A program made the translations under genes and the position numbers. Of a stretch of DNA of 32,000 nt, positions 26,436 to 32,000 are shown piece after piece. Source of the stretch: Acaryochloris marina S15 (GTDB taxonomy: Bacteria; Cyanobacteriota; Cyanobacteriia; Thermosynechococcales; Thermosynechococcaceae); assembly GCF_018336915.1 (NCBI RefSeq), contig NZ_CP064923.1, positions 2,910,001 through 2,942,000 on the forward strand, given 5' to 3'. The notes under the pieces were generated by a model. It was not told where the DNA came from. It saw only the letters and a list, made by a program, of their open reading frames with translations, and did not search any database. Position 1 is the stretch's first letter; the number at the start of each line of letters is the position of its first letter.

Positions 26436-26436
26436 T

Positions 26437-27249
26437 TTAAACTTGTTTGATCTCAAAAGTCTGTATAAACGTCGTGGCCACCTGCTGTAAGTCTGCATCG
26501 AGCCGTTTCCAAGTCTCCTGGGCAATCCTTTCTGGTACCCCACCATAAAACCCTTGAGCAATACCACCGGCAATACAGGCTTGGGTATCACTATCACCTC
26601 CAAGCGATACGGCATTGCGAATCGCATCTTCAAAATCTGTAGATTCTAGAAATGCCGTGATCGCCTGGGGTACCGACCCCTGACAGGAGCTATCAAACTG
26701 ATACTGGGGTCGAATCTCTTCCAGGCTCAAACTCAAGTCATAGCCAAAGGTTGCTTCGATATAGGCTTTAATCTCCGCCTTAGACTGCCCCTGTCGCCCT
26801 AGGTAAATGGCTGCCGCAGTTGCCTGTGCTCCCTTAATCCCTTCTGGGTGATCATGGGTGACGGCTGCACTTCGCTTCGCTTCTCGCAATACCGTTTCTA
26901 AATCATCAAAGGCAAATCCAACAGCACTGACCCGCATGGCTGAACCATTCCCCCAACTGTGATACGGTTCCAAGCTGTCTGATGCCCCCCATTCTCGAAA
27001 GGTTCTGCCATAGCCAGCTTTGGGATAGCGCCGATAATAGTCCTTGATGCTATGGACATACTCCTTCTGATGGAGAATGGCATCCGCAACTGCGATGGCC
27101 GAAGGCCGGTCGGGGACCATCGTAAGTACCGTATCGTCTGTAAATTTCGATTTCTTACTAAATAATTCAAACTCTTTCCGTTTCATTCGTCGCCAATGGG
27201 GCTCAAAAACTGACCCAATCATGTCACCTGCGATCGCACCTAGCATCAC
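26437..27249 (-). CDS. ADP-ribosylglycohydrolase (ARH/DraG family)
   Basis: 270 aa with these motifs: MLGAIAGDMIGSVFE, FTDDTVLT, YHSWGNGSAMRVSAVGFAF, THDHPEGIKGAQATAAAIYL, SCQGSVPQAITAFLESTDFEDAIRNAVSLGGDSDTQACIAGGIA. The start codon lies 26 nt inside the 3' end of the PP2C gene, which suggests translational coupling. Confidence 0.9.
   Translation of the reverse strand: MMLGAIAGDMIGSVFEPHWRRMKRKEFELFSKKSKFTDDTVLTMVPDRPSAIAVADAILHQKEYVHSIKDYYRRYPKAGYGRTFREWGASDSLEPYHSWGNGSAMRVSAVGFAFDDLETVLREAKRSAAVTHDHPEGIKGAQATAAAIYLGRQGQSKAEIKAYIEATFGYDLSLSLEEIRPQYQFDSSCQGSVPQAITAFLESTDFEDAIRNAVSLGGDSDTQACIAGGIAQGFYGGVPERIAQETWKRLDADLQQVATTFIQTFEIKQV
27092..27122 (+). repeat. Second copy of the 24-nt twin-hairpin insertion in a HIP1-like site, opposite orientation relative to the gene
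   Basis: The plus strand reads GCGAT-GGCCGAAGGCCGGTCGGGGACC-ATCGT. It is 27/31 identical to the kinase copy. Removing 24 nt leaves GCGATCGT. It encodes an extra MVPDRPSA directly after the FTDDTVLT motif of the ARH. Confidence 0.7.
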
Positions 27250-28074
27250 TGCCTCCTTCTTCCGTCTCTTTCCGTCTAATACTGATTAACGTAGTGTCGT
27301 CCGGTAATAAACCTGGAATCTTCCGCACCTGCTGAGCATCCCAGTCCGGCTGTATCACCTCTCTATTGATTTGAGCGAGCCGTCGTCGCACCTGATCAGG
27401 ATTCTGGAAATAGCGATCGCAACACCAGAACTGATTCAGTGGTCCCACAGGTTCCAACTTTCCAGGGAGATACTCTTCCGCTACATTCATTAAGTCCCCT
27501 ACCCCATCGCTTCCAATCAGCACAGACTGCACCTGCTCAGTAGGTTGTTGAGCATAAATCTGGAGTTGAAATGGATCGGGGCCTTTCTCGGCTTCCCATA
27601 GCAAGCTGTATGCCAAATAGGGCGGAGCATTATTGGCAAATGGACCAATCTGATGAAGCTGCTCATTGATGGCAAATACCCCATCCCCTAGACCAAAAAT
27701 CCAGGTTGTTTCTGGGGTTACTAAACACCCAGTCAGGGTGAATAAGAAGTAATCCAACAGCCCTTGTTCATCCGCTCCTAACGGCTCCTTTAAAGTCTGC
27801 ATCTTCTCTAATAGGCGCTTTCTCAATGTCTGCCAAAACAGCTCGTCTTCTGGTCGTTCCTCTGCCACTAATTGAGCAAGAGTGTGCACCGTTAACTGAG
27901 CCCCTAGCTGCGCTCCGACTTCACTTTTAGGTCGACTCCCGCACCCATCACATACCACCGCAATGGTTGCTTGACCTGGTGTAAGAATGGCCCAAGCATC
28001 CTGATTATTCTGACTGACTCGTCGATGGTTCTGGCCCAAAATAGACCCAGCCGCGACTTCAAAATGCTGTTGCA
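27224..28074 (-). CDS. PP2C-family (PPM) Ser/Thr protein phosphatase
   Basis: The metal-binding motifs are AVVCDGCGS, IFGLGDGVFAI, VLIGSDGVGDL and LPDDTTLISI. I prefer ATG 28074-28072 (MQQHFEVAAGSILGQNHRRVSQNNQDAW), a typical PP2C N-terminus. The TTG at 28144 and the ATG at 28120 fall inside the predicted promoter/operator. Confidence 0.8.
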
Positions 28075-28082
28075 TTGCTCTA

Positions 28083-28138
28083 TAGTGTAAAAGTGACACT
28101 AACTCAACTAAATCTATCATAGTGTCACTTTTACACGA
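28083..28138. promoter_or_regulatory. Two NrtR-type operator-like boxes (TAGTGT-N7-ACACTA; GT-N7-AC core) forming a 17-nt perfect inverted repeat
   Basis: Box 1 is TAGTGTAAAAGTGACACTA (28083-28101). Box 2 is TAGTGTCACTTTTACACGA (28120-28138). The arms GTGTAAAAGTGACACTA and TAGTGTCACTTTTACAC are exact reverse complements separated by 18 nt. Confidence 0.55.
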
Positions 28139-28144
28139 TGTCAA
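28116..28144 (-). promoter_or_regulatory. Near-consensus sigma70-type promoter for the PP2C-led operon
   Basis: The minus strand reads TTGACA (28144-28139), a 17-nt spacer, then TATGAT (28121-28116). Box 2 fills the spacer exactly. Box 1 would lie in the first ~30 nt of the transcript. Confidence 0.5.
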
Positions 28145-28159
28145 GATTGACCCTATCCT

Positions 28160-28852
28160 ATGCCCTATACCTATGACTATCCGCGCCCTGGTCTTACCGT
28201 TGACTGTGTGGTGTTTGGCTTAGACGAACAGATTGATCTCAAAATCCTACTAATTCAGCGCCAGATTCCTCCCTTCCAGCATCAGTGGGCACTGCCTGGC
28301 GGCTTTGTGCAGATGGATGAATCTTTAGAAGAAGCGGCTCGCCGGGAACTACAGGAAGAAACGGGTGTTCAAGGTATCTTTCTAGAGCAGCTCTATACCT
28401 TTGGTGATTTGGGTCGAGATCCGCGCGATCGCATCATCTCCGTTGCCTACTACGCTTTAATCAACCTAATTGAATATCCCTTACAGGCCGCTACTGATGC
28501 TGAAGATGCAGCTTGGTATTCCCTTGGAAATTTACCATCCCTAGCCTTCGATCATGCTCAAATCTTGAAACAGGCTATCCACCGCTTGCAGAGCAAAGTT
28601 CGTTATGAACCGATTGGTTTTGAATTACTGCCGCAAAAATTTACGCTCACCCAAATCCAGCATCTCTATGAAACGGTTTTGGGTCATCCTTTAGATAAAC
28701 GTAACTTCCGTAAGAAATTGCTAAAAATGGATCTCTTAATCTCTCTGGATGAGCGACAAATTGGAGTTGCCCATCGTGCTGCTAGGCTCTATCAGTTCGA
28801 CCAAAGCAAATATGAGCTATTGAAGCAACAAGGATTTAACTTTGAAGTTTGA
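28160..28852 (+). CDS. nrtR: Nudix-related transcriptional regulator NrtR (Nudix hydrolase domain with C-terminal winged helix)
   Basis: 230 aa with an intact Nudix box, [24 protein letters not shown] (G-x5-E-x7-REUxEExGU). The C-terminal wHTH region is [33 protein letters not shown]…RAARLYQF, as in NrtR proteins. It is transcribed divergently from the PP2C operon. Confidence 0.85.
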   Translation: MPYTYDYPRPGLTVDCVVFGLDEQIDLKILLIQRQIPPFQHQWALPGGFVQMDESLEEAARRELQEETGVQGIFLEQLYTFGDLGRDPRDRIISVAYYALINLIEYPLQAATDAEDAAWYSLGNLPSLAFDHAQILKQAIHRLQSKVRYEPIGFELLPQKFTLTQIQHLYETVLGHPLDKRNFRKKLLKMDLLISLDERQIGVAHRAARLYQFDQSKYELLKQQGFNFEV

Positions 28853-28933
28853 GATTAAAGCCTTTGAAAAAAAGCTGTGTAGTAGTCGATATATCTTGTA
28901 CTCACGGTTCGCCCATTTTTGAAATGATCTTGT

Positions 28934-28976
28934 CTCGAAAAAGTAGACAGTGACCTTTACTCGAAAAAGTGGACAG
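28934..28976 (+). repeat. Two 17-nt direct repeats, 26-bp period
   Basis: The repeats are CTCGAAAAAGTAGACAG (28934-28950) and CTCGAAAAAGTGGACAG (28960-28976), 16/17 identical. They lie between the nrtR stop and the ISAs1 remnant and may be IS-terminal subrepeats. Confidence 0.5.
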
Positions 28977-29052
28977 GAGCAAGACATTCAATGGTTGAAT
29001 GAATTCATTGTCGATTGGGTATTGTTGCATGAATACTCCCTTCCCACCAGGG

Positions 29053-29802
29053 CTATTTCATTCTAAAAACATCCATCAGTATGTCTAGTGATTGTTCACA
29101 TCGTCGCTTTGCCTGAGCCATATTGGTGAATCCATATTCTCGATAAAGATTGAGTGATAGATTACGCGCTTGTACGAACAGGCCAATAAGGGGTGTGGTC
29201 CGAATCCTTGAAGCATCTTCACCTTGGGTGACATCGCGAACATAATGGACCTTGTTTTCTACTCCCCAATACCCCCGAATTCTTTGTGCCAAAGGTTCTA
29301 CCTCCTCCAGGAGTGACGTGATGTAATAGCGAGTCTCTTGGGTATCGACAATCATGTCGTTATAGATTTCAGAGCGTTGTGATTCAACCCGAATGAGTGT
29401 TTTGAGACCTGGCCATTGTCGAATATTACTCAGGTCACGGCAGATACTAACGGTTCGCTTTTCAATGCGACCATGCCCTTTTCCCAGGGTTTCAACCGTT
29501 GATTCTGGCTTAAAATGTGCTTTCACATCAGTCAGTAATCCTTTCTGGTTGCCTTTGAGCGCCCCGAGATACTCATTGCCACTGTCAACAATGAGCTGTG
29601 CTGTTTTTTTGGGTGTTGATGGCATCAAAGGCAAAGACCACTCCTTTGAGAGCAAGCTGCTCAATCATTTCAGGCAAGGCCTTGATTTCATTGGTCTTCT
29701 GGTCAACTTCATAAGGGGGCAAGATTAAACCTCTCTCTACCACATAGCCTGTGACCATCATGATTGCGGGATGGGGCTGACAATAAGGATTGTCTGTTTC
29801 AG
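29053..29802 (-). pseudogene. ISAs1-family transposase, frameshifted and 5'-interrupted by an IS4-family insertion
   Basis: Two overlapping ORFs join across a T7 run (29604-29610): …EVDQKTNEIKALPEMIEQLALKGVVFAFDAINTQK | TAQLIVDSGNEYLGALKGNQKGLL…GHGRIEKR…WPGLKTLIRVESQR…TRYYITSL…AQRIRGYWGVENKVHYVRDVTQGEDASRIR. These are classic ISAs1/H-repeat motifs. Upstream coding sequence is cut at 29803 by the IS4 inverted repeat. Confidence 0.75.
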
Positions 29803-31077
29803 CTGAGGGGGCGACATGAAGGCTACAACCCAGCACAGACAAGCTCCATCGCTCTCATCCCCCGTTGATACTCAGGTAGCTTATTGGGAGAGAGTTTCAT
29901 TAGCTCATCCACCAATCGAGCCAGAACTCCATCCCCCGTTATGGCCCACATATACGCAGATAGTCCAACTCGGAATGCACTATGCCGCTTGTTCAGTGAA
30001 GTGGTGGATTCGGGTCTAGTAATATAGCGCTGTAGTCCTTTTTGCTTGAGATTTTGCCCTTGCAGTGCCGCACTGGTATAGGCAATGGCAATCACAATAA
30101 CGATAGCCACCAACCGTTCTTGCATGGCTTGAGAGCCTTCGAGACAATAGCCTCCTTTCTTGAAGTCCCGAAACATTTCTTCGATAGAGAAGCGTTTTTG
30201 GTAGCTGACGATAGCACTATTGAGGTCACAGAAGTTGGTGAGAATAAACCATGCTTCATCAGGTGCAAACCCCTGATACCGTCGTTTCCACTTGGCTGCC
30301 ACATTGAAAGTTCCAAAGCCTTTAGCCTGAGTGACGCGCACATCATTGAGAAATAGCTTTTGACCTGGGACAAGGCCAAACTGTTGGAGTTGTTGAGTAA
30401 ACTGCTGAGCCAGAGCCACTTCGGTATTGCGCTTGAGTCGCAGACAAAAGTAGACCTCTTGTTGGCCTAACCACTGCCCCAGCTTGACGGAACAAAACTC
30501 TCGGTCACCGAGGATGACCAGACGATAGGCTGATAAATGGCTGATAACTTTGCTTAAAACAGCGGTTTGCTCGTCATAGTTGCTGCTGCCCTTTTTGCAG
30601 AGGGCTTCACACCATACGGGAATAGCGCGATGTTGCCAGACCACGCTGACCACCAATAGATTAATCACTCCCCAACTCGTACGGTCGATGACGACATAAA
30701 GCTGGGAGCCTTGAGGATACTGCTGGCTCAGCCACAGCTTAACCAGCGGTAGCCCCAAAGCGTTTCAAGCTCAAGGGTCGGTAAGGATAAGAACCGTTGG
30801 ATTTTTTTCGGCGACTGTCAAAAAGAATCGGCAGTGGCAGCCCTTCTGCTAGCGTCTCGATTTTGACGCAGCGAAGTGTTTGTAATAGATGAACGAGGAT
30901 CTCTAGGAGAAGATACTGGGCAGGAGACAGTTGACGGCGTAAATGGGGTTGGTATAGTGGCAATATCATTGTCAATAAGGTGAGCTGGAGATACATCATT
31001 TGCAGCCCATCTTTTTTCTTATCTATCGGGTTATTGCACAAATAGCAAGGGGTTTACGACGCATGTCGCCCCTTCAG
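29803..31077 (-). mobile_element. IS4-family insertion sequence (~1.27 kb) with 16-bp terminal inverted repeats, inserted into the ISAs1 transposase gene
   Basis: IRL is CTGAGGGGGCGACATG (29803-29818). The reverse complement of IRR (31062-31077) is CTGAAGGGGCGACATG, a 15/16 match. The transposase ORF ends 5 nt inside IRL. Confidence 0.7.
29823..30999 (-). pseudogene. IS4-family DDE transposase, two apparent frameshifts
   Basis: DDE context: LYVVIDRTSW, LVILGDREF and YQKRFSIEEMFRDFKKGG (Y-2-R-3-E-6-K signature). The N-terminal part (MMYLQLTL…FDSRRKK) is in another frame. The frame changes at a T7/A7 run (30802-30808) and near the C4/G4 run (30753-30756). These could also be sequencing errors. 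Confidence 0.7.
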
Positions 31078-31186
31078 GACAAACACAGACCCTTCGTCCT
31101 CGTTTACCAGTGGTCAAAAAAGGGAAATCAAAAATACCTGCGAGTCCAATTGCTGCGTAGTTTGTAGCAACAGACGAAAATCTATC

Positions 31187-31221
31187 AATTTACTCACTCG
31201 CTAATATCGGGTGAGTAAATT
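31187..31221. other. Perfect 11-bp stem hairpin (AATTTACTCAC / GTGAGTAAATT, 13-nt loop)
   Basis: Read directly from the sequence. It lies about 90 bp downstream of the istB stop on the minus strand. It could be an IS21-end structure or a terminator. No clear U-tract follows it. Confidence 0.3.
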
Positions 31222-31312
31222 GAGATGTCCAAAATGCTGTTGCAATTCATAGGCAAAAAATTAGATCTGAATCCATACATATCACGAAAGGAATATCGTG
31301 AGCTCATCGGGT

Positions 31313-32000
31313 CTATTCATCCATCTGTCCTTCCTTTTTTTCATTCCTTTTCTCCTTTTGTGTTTTGGGCTTAGATGTAGCGGTTGTTTCACTCGTTGTT
31401 TTATCCTCATCTGAACGGTCATTACTGATGTCCCCTTCTGGCTTCAGGGTCAGTTTACTGGTCAATTTCCTCATGGATTCTCCTCGAAGCGGGACCTTCA
31501 TCGCATCATGAATAATCCGGTCAAGAATGGCATCAGCCAGGGTGGGATCTTGAATTTGTGAGTGCCATTGTTCGAGGGGCATTTGCGTGGCAAATAAACA
31601 GGAAGCTTTACGGAAACGCTCATCTAAGATATCGAGTATTTCTCTAGCCTCAAAGACAGACAGTGGATCTCTAAGCCATTCATCGAGCACGAGTAGATCG
31701 TAAGCCGCTAATTGTTTTCGGAGTTTGGGATAAGACCCATCTCCTTTGGCTAACTTCAACTCCAGAACCAGATCAGCGGTTTTGATATAGCGCACGCTAT
31801 GGCCTTGTTTGCACAAATGATGGGCCAGTACAGCTGACAAGAAAGACTTTCCCACGCCCGTGGGACCAAGCAAAATCAATGACAGATTTTCTTGGAGCCA
31901 ATGGCCTTGAGCAAATTCGAGAAACTGGATCTTTTTGAGCCCTCTGGGCACATCAAAATCCACTGCATCAAGGGTGGCGTGCACCGGCAGTCGAGCTTGC
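31313..32000 (-). CDS. istB: IS21-family helper ATPase IstB (partial; N-terminus beyond the right edge)
   Basis: Walker A is LILLGPTGVGKSFLS and Walker B is DLLVLDEW. Also present are ILDERFRKASCLFATQMPLEQW and DAILDRIIHDA. The frame is still open at 32000. It carries an unusual ~45-aa K/E/T-rich C-terminal tail. Confidence 0.85.
   Translation of the reverse strand, partial: QARLPVHATLDAVDFDVPRGLKKIQFLEFAQGHWLQENLSLILLGPTGVGKSFLSAVLAHHLCKQGHSVRYIKTADLVLELKLAKGDGSYPKLRKQLAAYDLLVLDEWLRDPLSVFEAREILDILDERFRKASCLFATQMPLEQWHSQIQDPTLADAILDRIIHDAMKVPLRGESMRKLTSKLTLKPEGDISNDRSDEDKTTSETTATSKPKTQKEKRNEKKEGQMDE

Noticed and set aside
22508-27289. Many plus-strand and off-frame ORFs overlapping the vWA, PncA-like, kinase, ARH and PP2C genes (for example 22508-22825, 22850-23194, 23589-24377, 24370-24814, 25764-26169, 26898-27170, 27077-27289)
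   Set aside because: They are P/R/S/H-rich low-complexity translations typical of antisense frames in GC-balanced coding DNA. Each is fully contained in a gene with clear family motifs on the other strand or frame.
28075-28144. TTG (28144) or ATG (28120) as the PP2C start codon
   Set aside because: Both lie within the predicted TTGACA-17-TATGAT promoter and the operator boxes. They would also leave only 15 bp between divergent genes. ATG 28074 gives a typical PP2C N-terminus. This needs experimental start mapping.
28934-28976. Possible CRISPR array or spaced repeat locus
   Set aside because: There are only two 17-nt repeat units with a 9-nt spacer, no further copies and no cas genes. This is not a CRISPR array.
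29393-30379. ORFs 29393-29728 (+), 29816-30019 (+), 30042-30356 (+) and 30092-30379 (-)
   Set aside because: They are shadow frames inside the ISAs1 and IS4 transposase genes.
31078-31312. Continuation of the ISAs1 transposase 5' part, or an IS21 terminal repeat, in this segment
   Set aside because: Translations in all minus frames gave only weak, stop-riddled resemblance (for example a possible GK…RG patch). I also could not identify IS21-type terminal repeats with confidence.

Overview
This is a cyanobacterial chromosomal window, shown by ndhM and GCGATCGC (HIP1) octamers. It falls into five blocks.

(1) 1-4051, minus strand: the 5' part of a hybrid NRPS-PKS gene (truncated C domain, then A, PCP, KS). 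It is missing from the ORF track because the frame has no stop inside the window.

(2) About 3300-19800: a visibly AT-rich island in which I saw no HIP1. It encodes a Wzx/Wzy-type, probably sulfated, exopolysaccharide pathway:
- initiating phosphoglycosyl transferase
- Wzc-like co-polymerase/ATPase
- Wzy-like polymerase
- Wzx flippase
- sulfotransferase
- three GT4 glycosyltransferases
- an orphan kinase-fold protein
- a decayed WecB/TagA gene

The island also has 0.7-1.1 kb ORF-free spacers and two copies of a ~100-nt element with terminal inverted repeats.

(3) 19855-22470: an IS inserted next to an IS4 transposase remnant, then ndhM, then a frameshifted yjbQ remnant.

(4) 22475-28852, the most interesting part: a Nudix-wHTH NrtR-like regulator transcribed divergently from a five-gene minus-strand cluster. 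The gene order is PP2C phosphatase, ADP-ribosylglycohydrolase, atypical protein kinase with Zn-ribbon and beta-rich C-terminus, PncA-like nicotinamidase, vWA protein. The cluster combines a vWA/kinase/PP2C triad with ADP-ribose/NAD enzymes. It has paired GT-N7-AC operator-like boxes over a near-consensus promoter. A 24-nt twin-hairpin insertion splits HIP1 sites in frame in two of its genes.

(5) 28853-32000: nested IS debris, namely a frameshifted ISAs1 transposase interrupted by an IS4-family element, then a partial IS21 istB.

I saw no rRNA, tRNA or CRISPR array. All calls rest on reading translations and motifs by eye. No database search was run, so family names are recognition-based and boundaries are approximate where stated.
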